A DNA stretch of 61,853 bases, the filler included, from Catajapyx aquilonaris (lineage: Eukaryota), in assembly GCA_000934665.2 (NCBI GenBank). It is 4 parts of 4 records of this genome, joined end to end, with 100 filler letters (N's around TTAATTAATTAA, not from the genome) between each part and the next. Parts side by side here need not be neighbours in the genome. Positions count along the whole stretch, not along the records: positions 1 to 15,449 come from JYFJ02007512.1; 3 more parts are not named here. One strand, written 5' to 3'. Below, piece by piece: positions 1 to 12,513 of the stretch (the stretch's first letter is position 1; each line of letters opens with the position of its first letter). The notes under the pieces are model-generated. The model saw nothing but the letters and a program-made list of their open reading frames with translations. It was not told the origin of the DNA and searched no databases. Both the position numbers and the translations under genes were made by a program.

Positions 1-793
1 AATACCGGTCCCTGAGCGGTTGGCACCCTGTATATCGTGCCTCTGCACGGGTTCCGACCGTGGCAACATTTCTTAAAATGAAGGGGAGGGTCCATATAGT
101 CATTCAGCAAAGCGGCATGCTTTAATACCAAAATGCAAGGTGAAGTCGCTTAACCTCCGGACTAAGAGTGGTGCAGCTTTTAATAGCATTCGAGATTTTA
201 AGTGGACATTATGCAGCTTGATGAAACGAAACATAAAATTGCCAGAAACACCCCCAAAAACCCCAAAAAAAAACCATGTGGGTTGGGTTTAAAAATAAAT
301 AAAAAATGTTTTTTCCAATCCTGATAGCAACAGCTTTCAGGATAAATCCTAACACCAGCTCCCTTCAATGTTGCAAGTTGCTTTGATAGAGGTGTCTAAG
401 TCGAGCTTACACACAGCAAGCTATGCTACAAGTATCTACACATAATGCCGCACCTTCTTAAACACTTAACTAGTGACCTGGAAAATCCTAACACTCACAG
501 TGACCTGGGGTCTTTTAAGACCCCAGGGGATTTTTTAAATATAAATTGCCTTTAATGATAAATATTTGCTTTTTAATTATTTTACACAACACCTGCAACT
601 GTTTTCTACAATTTAGTTTAATTTTCAACGGTAGAACGGAATTTAAAAAATCATATACCTAACAATGCAATATTTTCAGAATTTATGACGAATCTAGATT
701 TTCTAAGTCCTGAAATATTTCACAACTGGTGACCTGGGATCTTTTAAGACCCCAGCTATTTTCCAGCCCTAATTTTTCCAATCACACCTGTAA

Positions 794-855
794 TCTATAT
801 ACGTATATATGATTCTCTGTCTGTCTGTCCACCTCGGATATAGTAGACACCTCGG

Positions 856-931
<76 letters not shown>

Positions 932-1482
932 TCATACCCCGTTATCAGCCTATCGGCTCTTTAGGGGGGAAGTTTTTGTTTTGCCTGGAACTCTTTGCTT
1001 TCATTTTACTGCGCTTTTTTGGGGATAGGATAGGGACGGAAGGAAGCGGCTGTGGCCTATTAATTACGGAAGCAACTCCGGAATTTTCCTGGAAGGACTG
1101 TGGGAAACCACAGAAAACCACGGTCAGAGTTGCCGGCCCCGGGATTCGAACCCAGGACCTCCCGATTAGCAGTCGGACGCCTTATCCACTATGCCAACCT
1201 GCTTCGGTAAGACACCTCGGATATAGTAGACACCTCGGACATAATAGACTCGGATATAGTAGACACATCATTGGCCACACGTCCCCTGGCAGGCCCCTGA
1301 CTTCCGCAATTCTTGCTCACACCAATGTGTGCAATGTCTACTACAGCCGAGGTGGCGTGTGACCAATGTGTCTACTATATCCGAGGTGTCTACTATATCC
1401 GAGTCTATTATATCCGATGTGTCTGCTATATCCGAGGTGGACAGGCAGACAGAGAAAGGTTTTTATATATATATATATAGAT
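794..1482. mobile_element. Foldback element built from ~18-bp GACACCTCGGATATAGTA subrepeats, interrupted by a SINE
   Basis: TCTCTGTCTGTCTGTCCACCTCGGATATAG (~815) is inverted at ~1425-1455; tandem subrepeats occur in both orientations; (TA)n ends. Confidence 0.65.
861..1208 (-). mobile_element. tRNA-derived SINE, family 1 (Ser-GCT-like head), (TTA)n tail
   Basis: Minus strand ACCGAAGCAGGTTGGCATAGTGG (A box) ... CTGCTAA ... GGTTCGAATCC (B box); further copies at 11779-12042, 48805-49110, 55377-55607. Confidence 0.85.
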
Positions 1483-1824
1483 GTATTGATACCTTTTTTG
1501 TGTTTTCAGTTAGACAGTGTCCTTCACGAAAATTCTCCGGATCATATTTTTCTAATTCCTGAAATGTTACTCAACTGGTGGGTAATTAATTGATTTTAGC
1601 GGTTTTGTGTGTCTAATTTTAATTTTTAAAAATCGAATATACGTTGAGAAAGGTTCAACTGAAAACGAAAAAAAATATTTTCCTTGATATTAAAATTAAA
1701 CATTTTATAACAAAAAAATTGCACCTGGGGTCTTAAAAGATCCCAGGTCACCAGTTAAGGGTTAACAGCAATGAACTTCAGTGTGTAGCTACACATTAAC
1801 TTTTCAAATGCCCAGTTTTATGAC

Positions 1825-2602
1825 ATGGGGTCCTAGCCTTCACTTTGGAAACTACATCATAAATTCGGCCATATGTTTAGGATTTTTTTTGCGTATTCCG
1901 TTTTAAGAAATCAGTTTCAGTTCCGGAGATATGAGCGTTTTTTCGGTAGGATATGGTGACGTCACTGTATCCTAGCGAAATGTTGACGTCACGCAAAGTC
2001 AAATGAAGGCATGAATGATGTTATAGAACGCGCCCCGGCATGGTCGTAAAATGCTTCATTGTTGTAAACAACTGTATTACTCCTGGTGCCTGCGGTGCCA
2101 ATGCAGTTCGGAGGGTGGGCAGATGGCCCAGGGGCGAACCCACCCCACTGTGTGCTGGAGGGAGTGAAGAAGCGTGAGCAAGATAGCAGCCGGGGCGCGT
2201 TTTTACTCTAAGCCGCTCAACGTGCTTCAGGTATATTATTCAACGGCAGTGATGCCAGCAGATCGGAACGTTCAGTCTCCCGAATTTGGTACATAAAGGC
2301 CCCCTTTCTCCACCTCCATGACCTACAGCCACCTTGCGAATGTTATCAGTCGTGTCCAGGGTAAATTCAAAATCAAATTCCTCATCTCTCGCAGTCAACC
2401 AGGCAATTTAGTGTACCCTTCGATTGGCACCATTCGGCTCAGAGGCCACGCCCCATTTTCCCCTCCAATTTTGAAGGCACTTTCAAATATTCCGTTATTT
2501 ATCCATTTTGATGCAATAGAGTGATGGAATGTGTGTTGACAGGCATGGGCTAGCTATTTATGAACAAAAATCCCAAATCCCAGACCAAGGCTAGGACTCC
2601 AT
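1825..2602. mobile_element. Putative MITE
   Basis: ATGGGGTCCTAGCCTT ... AAGGCTAGGACTCCAT inverted termini. Confidence 0.4.
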
Positions 2603-2710
2603 TATGTTTAACTTCATTCAAAATGCTGGATTCACCCTGAAAGTATGTATTCCGGGGTTGTTTATAGTGTGAATCACCACAATTTTTTTAGTGGAAGTTG
2701 TTCCTACTGA

Positions 2711-3392
2711 TGTAAGATGAAAAGTGAAACTCAGTTTTGCCCAATCTATTCTGGTAATGCTGAAATCTGCATTTGAAATTCAGAATTTTCAATTTTCCCA
2801 TATTTAAAATCACCACAAGAGATGCTAGTAAAAATAGTTCATGAAATTTTTTCTAGCAATGTTAAATAACGCCCAAACTTTCGAGTTGCAGAATGTTCAC
2901 GAAAGTAAATATTTTTTTCAGTTGGCCCAGATTTGCTGAGCATCCCCTATAGGAGACACCTCAACAATTACAAAGTCAGACTTTATGAAATTGTAATCAC
3001 TGTTAGATGTTTAGTTATGTGTTAGTTTTTCTTATTGGTTCATAAAAAGTCATTTAAAAAATTAAACAATATAATTCAGGCATATCAGCATTAATGAAAT
3101 TAATTATACAAAACTGGTGACATACATTATTGTGCCTTCAAATGGGTAATACAATAGGAAATCACGATTTAGCCATATTACTGTAATTACTAGGACATCG
3201 ATTACAACTGACGATTTGAAAACCAACCTTCATCCTTGTCATAAAAATAAAAATAAAAAATTTCTATGGTTACTGATGGCTCCTGTGGTGATTATAGATT
3301 GGACCAAATTCCAAAATAACAAATTTCAAATGAGGATTTTTGCAATACCAGAATAAGTATGATAAAACTTAGCTTCACTTTTCTATCTTACA
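2711..3392. mobile_element. Diverged foldback/MITE
   Basis: TGTAAGATGAAAAGTGAAACTCAGTTTT...TATTCTGGTAATGCTGAAATCTGCATTTGAAATT is mirrored at 3322-3392. Confidence 0.55.
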
Positions 3393-3396
3393 TTAT

Positions 3397-3558
3397 GTGG
3401 ATCGAGTTTCGATGGGTTCTCTCCGTGTTCGCGTGGGTTTTCTTGGAGTTCTCCCGTTTCCTCCCGCAATCAAAATCCATCACAGCGCAAGCAATGATTC
3501 AAGTCGGTCATCAAAAGATGATCCCCTAAGAGGCCCAAGGGGCCTATCACGGGGTATC

Positions 3559-3620
<62 letters not shown>
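3397..3620 (+). mobile_element. 5'-truncated SINE with a V-SINE-like central domain and (TTA)n tail
   Basis: GTTCTCTCCGTGTTCGCGTGGGTTTTCTTGGAGTTCTCCCGTTTCCTCCCGCA resembles the V-SINE conserved domain as recalled; a related copy with a tRNA-like head lies at ~55005-55157 (-). Confidence 0.6.
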
Positions 3621-3623
<3 letters not shown>

Positions 3624-3692
3624 AAACACAACAAGAAAATATAAAAGTGCAAAATAATGTACAATATGGGTTTTCTAAGAAATAGAGAAGTA

Positions 3693-4458
3693 CAGGTAGT
3701 CCCCAGTTTACGAACGACCCGACATATGTCGATCCGTACTTACGAATGGGCTCCCATAATGATAATTTATAATTATTCCTCCACTTTCAATTACTTCTGT
3801 GCAGGTTTACCGACACCAAGTTCAACATAAAGATTGTATAATAAATAATTGGGAAACTACATTCTTCTGCATGTGTAAGCAAACACACATGACGTAACCA
3901 GTTCATTGGAGCAGCATCTTTACGCTGTATACAGGGTGAAGGGAAACTCGGGGACAATTGCCAGGTAGACTGATAGTACTCGTAAAATGAATATAGGGAT
4001 ATGCAATTAGTTTTGGGCACCGTTGCATAGTTAATGCATACGGCGCCGTCAAAGTTTCATGATGTGACATCCATTCCACCACCTTCACAGAAGCAAACGC
4101 CATTCAAGAGCCTCCGAACAATCCAGCCTTTGGTCCGTAACACATCGGCCACGTGCAATAGGTAATCACATCCCGTCAGAGTAAGAATCCGGGTACAACA
4201 CCCATGCACTTTGTCGTTTTTACCTCATATTTTACCATTTGGCCCTCTACACTTCAGAGGCGCCGTACGCAATGGCGCCCAAAACTACGTCCACGACCCT
4301 ATATTAGTTTTGCGAGTACTATCAGGCTACCTGGCGATTGTCCGCGAGTTTCCCTTCACCCTGTATATGTTCTCTTCCTCAGGGATCCAAGTTACGTATA
4401 ATTCCGACTTACGGACATTTCAGGAACCTAACCCCATCCGTAGACTGGGGACTACCTG
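3693..4458. mobile_element. pogo/Tigger-like MITE
   Basis: TA|CAGGTAGTCCCCAGT ... ACTGGGGACTACCTG|TA. Confidence 0.8.
3932..4363. mobile_element. Tc1/mariner-type MITE nested in the Tigger-like MITE
   Basis: TA|CAGGGTGAAGGGAAACTCG ... CGAGTTTCCCTTCACCCTG|TA with ~65-bp TIR. Confidence 0.8.
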
Positions 4459-4683
4459 TATTTCTCTTATACATACACACTCGACTGTTTAAAATTTAAC
4501 TGAGGCAATACAAAAATGCTTAGAAGTTCTACAATACAGTATTTGATGAGAAAGCATTGATTTATTGGTAGAGGGGGTGGTCGGATAAACCAAGGAGTCT
4601 GATAATAGGGGTTCTACTGTATGTATAATTTTAAAATTAGATTGTACCATAGGTATGTATGTTTTAAAATGTATATTATAGAG

Positions 4684-5298
4684 TAGCTGTTCCCAAACTT
4701 TTCTGAACGACGACCCACCTAACTTGGGGGAGGGGAGGGAGTATGTATGACTCTTATTATCATCATTATTCGGCCTACTACTTTTTAAAATATACAGCGT
4801 GTTTCAACTTTTCTTGTCCGAACAGTTATCGGAAAATTGCACGTATCTGCTACTTTGTAAGCAGTGACTTGCAAGTTGCAAACGGTGATTTTTCGGTGGA
4901 AAGGGGATTATTCCCTGCGAATCGTAGGTTGAAGTGGCATACGTGCTGCCCGCTGAAAATTGAGGGTCAAGCCTGGAAAAATGAGGGTCACACATGCCAT
5001 GGGATGTGTGACCCTCCTTTTCCCCATTCCTCCGACAAATCACCGGTTTCAAGTCACTGCTTACAAAGTAGCAGCTACGTGTAATTTTCCAATAACTGTT
5101 CGGACAAAAAAGTTGAAACACCCTGTATAAATGGAATATAATTTCGAGTCAATCATGCCTGTCCCTAGAACGTAGCATATGCCATATGGTGCTCATTTCA
5201 GGTCTTCATACTTTTAATATAATGCAAAATTTTCAAATTTCAAAAACTTCCACGCCCCACCAGAAATTGTCTCGCACCCCACACTTTGGGAACCGCTG
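4684..5298. mobile_element. hAT MITE
   Basis: 8-bp TSD TTATAGAG (4676-4683, 5299-5306); TIR (T/C)AGC(T/G)GTTCCCAAA. Confidence 0.8.
4795..5125. mobile_element. Tc1/mariner-type MITE nested in the hAT MITE
   Basis: TA|CAGCGTGTTTCAACTTTT ... AAAAGTTGAAACACCCTG|TA with ~75-bp TIR. Confidence 0.8.
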
Positions 5299-5916
5299 TT
5301 ATAGAGGGCTCTGTATTATATGTGGTTTCACGTATCCACGAAGAGGTTTGAACCTATACCTTGCAGATACGGGAGGAAAGTGTAAGTCATTTATTTTTCA
5401 GTACGGCACATTATGTTCATGTACACCTAATTTTTTACAGCTTGTTTAAGCAATTTTTATGTTAATGAAAATTAGTGCTTGCCATAGGTATGGCTTTAAG
5501 GGGGGATAAAGAGAATCTGTACCCTCTATCAGCCTAAAACATAACCCTTGTTCCCCACTTTCCTTCCCTCCCAGTCTTCCCCCTGCCTCCCCCAAATGTT
5601 ACAATTTTTGTGTGGAAAACCTCCTAACCTTTAAAAGACCTTTGTATACAATGGTCTGGAGGTGGTGTGTGGGTTTATGGCACATAATTTATGGCACATG
5701 GGATGAATTAGGAGGGTCAAGAACTGTGGCCAACTGCAATTAGTTCTCAAAAGGGGTGATGCCAGCTTACAAATTCAGTCATATATTGACAAAATAATTA
5801 TTTTCCGAAAACACATCGCTAAACATAAAAATCGACTTCATTGGACAGAACCACCTATTTTTTGCCCCTTTTTTGGTGCGTGTTACGACATTACTTAAAA
5901 TATCGCAACAGTTTAA

Positions 5917-6426
5917 CCCTTTCATTCCCACCGTTGCCATATGGCAACAATTAATCTGGCGGCAAAGCGTTCGCATGCAGAAGGCAAACTTTGTGGGTCA
6001 AACTTCTTGTACCATCTAGTGGATGGTGACTCAGCACCCACAAAGTCGGATAGTTATATTTTGCTCGCGCCCTTGAAAGGTAAACAACCCCCCACCCGGC
6101 CGCGTAATTACAGGGTGTCCCATAAGTCTGGACTCTTAGGAATTTCTCATAGTGCAGTGTTTTAGTATTATTTTGCAACCATCATAACAATTTTATAGTG
6201 ATTTTAAAAATTAAAATTAATTTAATTGCATTTAAAGTTAATTGCATTTAAATTTTTTTTCTGGAACACCCAGTAGGGGAATGTTTTCGGCATTTTTACA
6301 TTCCAAAGGACCACCACGAGTAAAAATGATAAATAATGAAGAATATTGTTTTTCATTATATCACTCCTACTACAAATTTTTTTCAAAAAGAGAAGAAACG
6401 GCCCAAAAAATTCAGGAATGAAAGGG
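5917..6426. mobile_element. piggyBac-like MITE
   Basis: TTAA|CCCTTTCATTCC ... GGAATGAAAGGG|TTAA. Confidence 0.75.
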
Positions 6427-7490
6427 TTAAATTACTTCCGCATTCAACTGATTTAAAAATACCGGTACTATATTAATAATATGGACAATGTACTACAAAC
6501 GTGTCAGAGAGGGGTCAGTTACACTTACACAGAAAAAATTACGCTTCTGCCATTGTTAGTTAGCGAGAATTTTACTTCAAAATTCTCGTCATCCTCCCCT
6601 TAACTTGTTACCACTTTTTTTCCTAGAAAACATGCAGTTCTGACAATAGGATTACAAAGGCGATTCAAATGAAACTGAGCCAAGGTGATTATGTTGGAAA
6701 GCATTACTTTTATATCAACAAAAGTCAACACCAGTTTTGTGTCACATGTTCCACTGACGAACAAGTCTATTGATTCCATGCTCATAGAAGTCTCCTGGTT
6801 GCTGCACCTGAATTAATCTAACTGCCTCTTGGATGTCAGCCTCCAGCTTTTTTGACCATGCAGTTCCATTACTGATCAAATATTCTGAACACTGGAGACT
6901 GTCAATGTTGCCTGCTATTATGCCACATTGCAATGCTTGCACCAGGAATTCAACAACAAGCACCATGGCTTATGGGTAGGTAGATTCTGAGACAGTGGAG
7001 CCGTCTAGCGGCCAGAAAGTGCAGTTTTCACATGAAAGAAGGGCGACTCGTGCTTGGCTCACACAGCGGGGTCGGAAGTCACAATAATATTTCACTTCTG
7101 GCAGAGAAGATGCCATTTACAGTGCTGATACTACATCCCTTCCTGAACGTAAATAGCCCCAGACCACAAGTTATAAGGCTCTAATTAGCCCGTAATTACA
7201 TCAAAATGGTGGTATTCAGGAAGTATATATTGCGGAATTCCACTCTTATTTACAGCTATTTATCATGTATGACATGTTATTTTCACACACGTTGGAGTGT
7301 AAAACTCCATCGAAATATTAAATAATTTTAAAGGGCCATTTTATCATTATAACATTAAATAAGGCCGCCAAAAGTCGGAAAATAAACTTTTCAGCTACAT
7401 GGTCATGTTTGGTATGAAATCATGTGTTTTTGAGGGCGCAGAATTCAGTGGTGTCACCGAAAATAGTACCAGACAATTCCAGAAGTAATA

Positions 7491-8015
7491 CAGTGAAACC
7501 TGTCTATAACGGACCCTGCTTATAGCGGAAACCTGTCCATCATGGAAAAATTTTATGGTCTCGATTCTGCTATACACAGGTTTCATTGTAATCAACTCAT
7601 TGAAAAGATGTACCTATGTTTTCAATTTACACAGACCGTCAGACACTAGGAAGTGGAATTAATTATACAGCTAATGTAGGGAGGCGAAGTGGCGCTGCGG
7701 TAACGTATGCACCCACGGATGTTAAGGTCCCGGGTTCGATCCCAGCCCGGGGACACCCCCTTCATCTCGTGCAGAGTTGGGTCGTCTCTGGCTTCGTCTC
7801 GGGTGGAATTTCCGACAGACTAATCCACCCGGGGGAGTTCACAAAATGTACCACTATTGAGACATTGCACTTGTACTTTGCACATCCCCTCCTGTCATCC
7901 CCTATCGCTCGCGGTACCCGGGCGTTACGGAAAAGGACCAAAAATGTAGCTGTACACCTAAAAGCAAATAAAGGTACCGTGCTAGATGCCCATCAATGGG
8001 CGATGCACTAACCCC

Positions 8016-8048
<33 letters not shown>

Positions 8049-8449
8049 GCAGCTAATGTGCATTTTAGAAAGATAAGATGTGTTTAGTTTAAAAAAAATT
8101 AGTCCGAGCATCTGGGTAACGCAATCAGAACCATTCGTAAACATCATTTCTTGAATATCGACCTTCACATGAGCGTAACAGGGTACATTGAAATAAGTTT
8201 TTCGCGAATTTACATAAAGAGCACCGTTTCTTGCAGGGTCCACTACTTGCGATCAGCTCTTCCGAGATTTTCGCGACATCTGCAATGGTTGACCCTGGTT
8301 TACCACAGCCGCAAATAGATTTTTTCCATCCCAAGTATATCTGGTGGTGGCTGTGTGTGGCTATGTATAGCAGAATCGAGACCCTAAAAATTTTCCGTAA
8401 TGAACAAGTTTCCGCTATAAGCAGGGTCCGTTATAGAGAGGTTTCACTG
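7491..8449. mobile_element. pogo/Tigger-like MITE inserted at the axis of the foldback
   Basis: TA|CAGTGAAACCT ... AGGTTTCACTG|TA. Confidence 0.75.
7678..8047 (+). mobile_element. tRNA-derived SINE, family 2 (ACG anticodon-like loop), (TTA)n tail
   Basis: A-box-like TGGCGCTGCGG, B box GGTTCGATCCC; TSD CAGCTAATGT; further copies at 12514-12848 and 54346-54693. Confidence 0.85.
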
Positions 8450-9599
8450 TATTACTTCTGGGATTGTCTGGTACTATTTTCGGTAGCACCACTGAATTCT
8501 GCACCCTCAAAAACGTATGATTTCATACCAAACATGACCATGTAGGCATGTAGCCGAAAAGTTTATTTTCCGACTTTTGGCGGCCTTATTTAATGCGATT
8601 TAATGTTATAATGATTAAATGGCCCTTTAAAATTATTTAATATTTCGATGGAGTTTTACACTCCAACTTGTGTGAAAATAACATGGCATACATGATAAAT
8701 AGCTATGAATAAGAGCGGTATTCCGAAATATATTATTCTTGATGACCGCCATTTTGATGAATTAATTACGGGCTAATTAGAGCCTAAAACTTGGGGTCTG
8801 GGGCAATTTACGTTCAGGATGGGATGTAGTATCAGCACCGTAAATGGCATCTTCTCTGCCAGAAGCGAAATATTCTGCCACTATTTCAGACGTTCCGACC
8901 CCACTGGCCGTATACACAGTTTCCTGCCAGAACTTGCGCTTTAGACCGCCAATGGCGCCACCATCGAGAATCTCCCTACCCGTTGTCGATGGGTATCACA
9001 TTGTTGCACATCAACGTGCAACCTGATATGGCTAATGTGGTTTGTGGAAACTTGGAGAAGTTCAAGTGGGAATGTCTTGCACACCCTCCCTACGGCCCAG
9101 ATCTTTCGTCTTGTGACTTTCACATTTTTGGTGGGTCGAAGAAGCAGATTTGTGTCCAGAGGGCAGTTGCACTAATTCTAACGCAGCAACCAAGACACTT
9201 CTATGAGCATGGAATCAACAGTGTAAACCAGTTTGTCAGTGGGACTAATGCGTCCACGCTGGTGGTGACTTTTGGTAACAAAGCTAATACTTTCCAACAT
9301 AATTGCCTTGTAACCAAGTCACACACTAATATGTATGCACAACAAAAATTCAACGTTGTTCTAAAAATCTTTTGAAATTGTGGTAATAATTTGGTTTTGA
9401 CCCGAACTAAACAGCCACCTAGATGGAGCCAGTGACACACACCCAAATCTGCCAGATCAAAACTTCCAGAACAGCAAAAACAATAATACCACAAGTCATG
9501 CCACTGGTATCATTCATCACCACCGATCACCACACTAAAAAGCTCCTTACATAAGAGCAGTAGCTAAAAAAGCACATCCATGGTTCACGAACTCATTGA

Positions 9600-10270
9600 T
9601 ATCGTGCCTGCATACACCAGCACCCTATGCCAACGTCCATCCCGCACAAAAACCGCACAAAAACCATCCCCGTACACACCAATCTTACCCACTCTTTCCC
9701 CTGCCTTTGGGTCCTTGGAATCCTGGCAAAACGTGGCTCGATAACTCACAACTGAGCACGCACACTCCATGAGCATAAGGTTGCCCCACCGCACCGTAAT
9801 TTGCCCGCCTACCTCCCCGTGCGGCCGAGGATCGAGCCGCTACCCGTGCATCGGCCGGAGCATCGTCTCCATCCCGAACCCCATTGGGCCCATTCCTGGT
9901 AGCTGGCGGCAAAATGGCGCGCCGCCTTCTCTCCCTTCACGGATCCACTGCAGCTATTCCATTTCTCAGCCGAAGGGAGGAGGAGGCGGCGTCGGCCGGG
10001 GAGGGGAGTGGGCTGAAACTGCTCCTGCTCGGGCTGCCCCGAAAACGGACTCATGACGAGGAGCGAGTAGCGTCGCAGATGGCAGCCCGCCATCGCTCGG
10101 CCCTTGAATCTCGAACCCCAAACTTGTATGTAGGGGAGGTTGGGTTTGGCCAAATATGGGCCGCCATCTTGGGGCGAATACAGCGACCTCATGTTTCCGG
10201 TTGACAGGACGCACGCGCGGAATATATGCGGAATATTAGCTACTCCCACACCTCGCCGGCAAGCGTTCAG
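9600..10270 (-). promoter_or_regulatory. CpG/GC-rich promoter-like island, probable 5' end of a minus-strand host gene
   Basis: GC/CpG-rich and apparently TE-free; YY1-type motifs (CAAAATGGCG ~9910, CCGCCATCTT ~10161), CCAAATATGG, TTCCGG; minus-strand donor-like sites GAG|GTAGGC (~9810) and GG|GTAAGA (~9687). Confidence 0.45.
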
Positions 10271-10417
10271 TCGGAAAATATGTGTCTATATTTCAGCATT
10301 TTTGTGCCGATGGGATTCAGACGAATCCCAAGCATGTTGTTTTTTTCCTTATCGCAAATGATTTGCGTAACTAGAGCCAGTAGAGCGTTTTTGGTATGCG
10401 TAATAAGCCATACCATA

Positions 10418-11056
10418 CAGGGTGTTAATCCTAATAAGCGTGTAACCAGAAAAGGTGGTGGTAGAGGGCGCAGGACCTGTATACTGGACCCCGACGTCTC
10501 GAGTTGAATTCGAGGATGCGACTCTGCGTGACGTCAAAATGACGTAGGCTGGGTGCCTCCCCTGCCCCGGATTTGTCTGCATACGTCATTTTGACGTCAC
10601 ACGGAGTCGCATCCTCGAGTTCAATTCGAGACGTCGGGGTCCAGTATACAGGTCCAGGTGTGAGCATTTTTGCATAAGGAACTAGGGGTCGGAAACGTAC
10701 CCTCACCGAGTTACGCCCCTTTCAAGTTTGCGGCAGGCAGTGTGCAAGACAAGGGGGTAATCACTCGACTGAAAAGTGTACACTGGAGTACCAAATTAAA
10801 GGTGTACCACGGAGTAATAAAGAGTGAGGTGCCTGCGGAGTACCAGGGTGTACCACTCCCAGGTGTACACCGGAGTACCGAAGTGATTACCCCCTTGGTG
10901 CAAGAGGCGTTCGGCACGCGGCGGATGAGTGGGTGGAAGGGGGCTTGGCAAATGCGTTTCCGTTTCCGACCCCTAGTTCCTTATGCAAAAACGCTCACAC
11001 CTGCGCCCTCTACCACCACCTTATTTTCTGGTGACACGCTTAGGATTAACACCCTG
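10418..11056. mobile_element. Tc1/mariner-type MITE
   Basis: TA|CAGGGTGTTAATCCTAA ... TTAGGATTAACACCCTG|TA. Confidence 0.8.
10474..10654. mobile_element. Small hairpin MITE with 3-bp CAG TSD (PIF/Harbinger-like)
   Basis: CAG|GACCTGTATACTGGACC ... GGTCCAGTATACAGGTC|CAG; the empty site GGCGCAGGTGTGAG is preserved in the host's other arm. Confidence 0.75.
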
Positions 11057-11778
11057 TATAAAACATGTCATTGCAATTATGCCTAAACACAAGACCAGTG
11101 TGCGATTTCGCGTGTTGGTTAGCTACATATATAGTATATACAGTAGGCCATAAGAACGGTGAGGCTTCATAGTGAACTTCACAAATTACCAAATGCCCAA
11201 CTCGATTTTGATAAAAATATGACAGAATTATACAGGTCGCGCTTTCAATTGACTCTGTATAATCATATGACCTCTCACAATCAGAGGCATAACTAGAGTG
11301 TCGCAAGTATGGCACGTGCCATGGGCGCCACTTGAAGGGGGCGCCACTGAGCACTTTTTGCTGAAGTCAATGAGCTATCTTCGGGCGGTTAAAATAAAAT
11401 TTTATTTAATAGTTCGCCGGATACTTACACTATAATTATGTAACAAATATCAACTTTTTATCCTCAGGTATTCATAGCATTTCCATGTTCCTTAGGGCAC
11501 TCGTAACAACTCATAATAATGGCCATTCATTTTGTCTGAACGGGGCTTTTTTTTTAATCTTGGGGCAGTCAGAAAACCAAAGTCCTCGAAATATAGCCGG
11601 TCTTTCCGAATCGATGTTGCTAGATCATCTCAGATTTTGCCGAAAGAAATCACAGCTGTACACAACGTAACCCTAAGTGTCAAGTTTCAGCCATATTGCG
11701 CAATACCGTGGGAAGAAAAGAAATCGCGAAATTTGGAAGGGCTGAAAATGAGGCCTTTATTGGATTTTTTTTTAGGTT

Positions 11779-12042
11779 TGTTTCTTTTTTTTGTTTATAC
11801 CCCATTTGGGAGAACGGCGCTCCATTAGGGGGGTGGAATACCACCATTAGACGGGACAAGGATATAGGGAAGGAAGGAAGTGACTGTGGCCTATTGTATA
11901 CGGAAACGACCTCGGAATTATCCTGGGGGGACCGTGGGAAACCACAGAAAACCACGATCAGGGTCGCCGGCCCCGGGATTCGAACTCAGGACCTCCCGAT
12001 TAGCAGTCTGGCTCCTTAACCCCTACACCAATCTGCTTCGGT
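11779..12042 (-). mobile_element. SINE family 1 copy with an alternative tail
   Basis: Same head and body as 861-1208; TSD TTTTTTAGGTT. Confidence 0.8.
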
Positions 12043-12513
12043 TTTTTAGGTTAGTGGAAATGGTCAAAACCCAATCATCATAATTATACGGTACTTATAC
12101 AGCAAATGAAAGAGAAATTCGAGAAGAATGAGCCTGCAAAATTTGTTTTCATCTCAAATGTAACCAGAAAAATGTGCGCGGCATTCCACTGGTCACATTC
12201 TCAGTAGTCGCATATCCAAATATTTTGACCCCAACAATTAGTTATATATTTGCGTAAGAGCAGCCATATTTGGTTACAGGGGTTGTGACTTGTGACTCGC
12301 AAGAAAATATTCGCAGATTTACCCACTAATTTTCGGGGTCCCAAATTCGTGGACTCATGTGACAGATGGAATGCCGCTCACATTTTTCTGGTTACATTTG
12401 AGATGAAAACAAATTCCACGGGCGCATTCTCCTCGTCTTTATCTTTCATTTGATGTATATATGTTGATTGGGTTTTAACCATTTCCACTAATCTTAAAAA
12501 TTATCCAAAAAAC

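Larger units (their letters stand above)
462..1761. mobile_element. piggyBac-like non-autonomous element (MITE), with nested insertions
   Basis: TTAA at 458-461 and 1762-1765; imperfect TIR (A/C)C(A/C)TTAACT(A/G)GTGACCTGG; internal repeats of GTGACCTGGGRTCTTTTAAGACCCCAG at ~500, ~730 and inverted at ~1725. Confidence 0.7.
6653..9311. mobile_element. Large foldback whose outer arms are mariner transposase 3' remnants
   Basis: 7090-7490 is mirrored by 8450-8870. Outer arms encode mariner C-terminal motifs: HPPYGPDLSSCDFHIFG and FYEHGIN on + at 9060-9240, and QEAVR..QQPGDFYEHGINRLVRQW on - at 6742-6850. Confidence 0.75.

Noticed and set aside
830..1440. Regularly spaced ~18-bp repeats resembling a CRISPR array
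   Set aside because: No unique spacers, the repeats are inverted about a centre, the context is eukaryotic, and there are no cas genes
3397..3664. Poly-Tyr/Asn ORFs (and poly-His/Ile ORFs at 26317 and 7902)
   Set aside because: Translations of microsatellites or SINE tails
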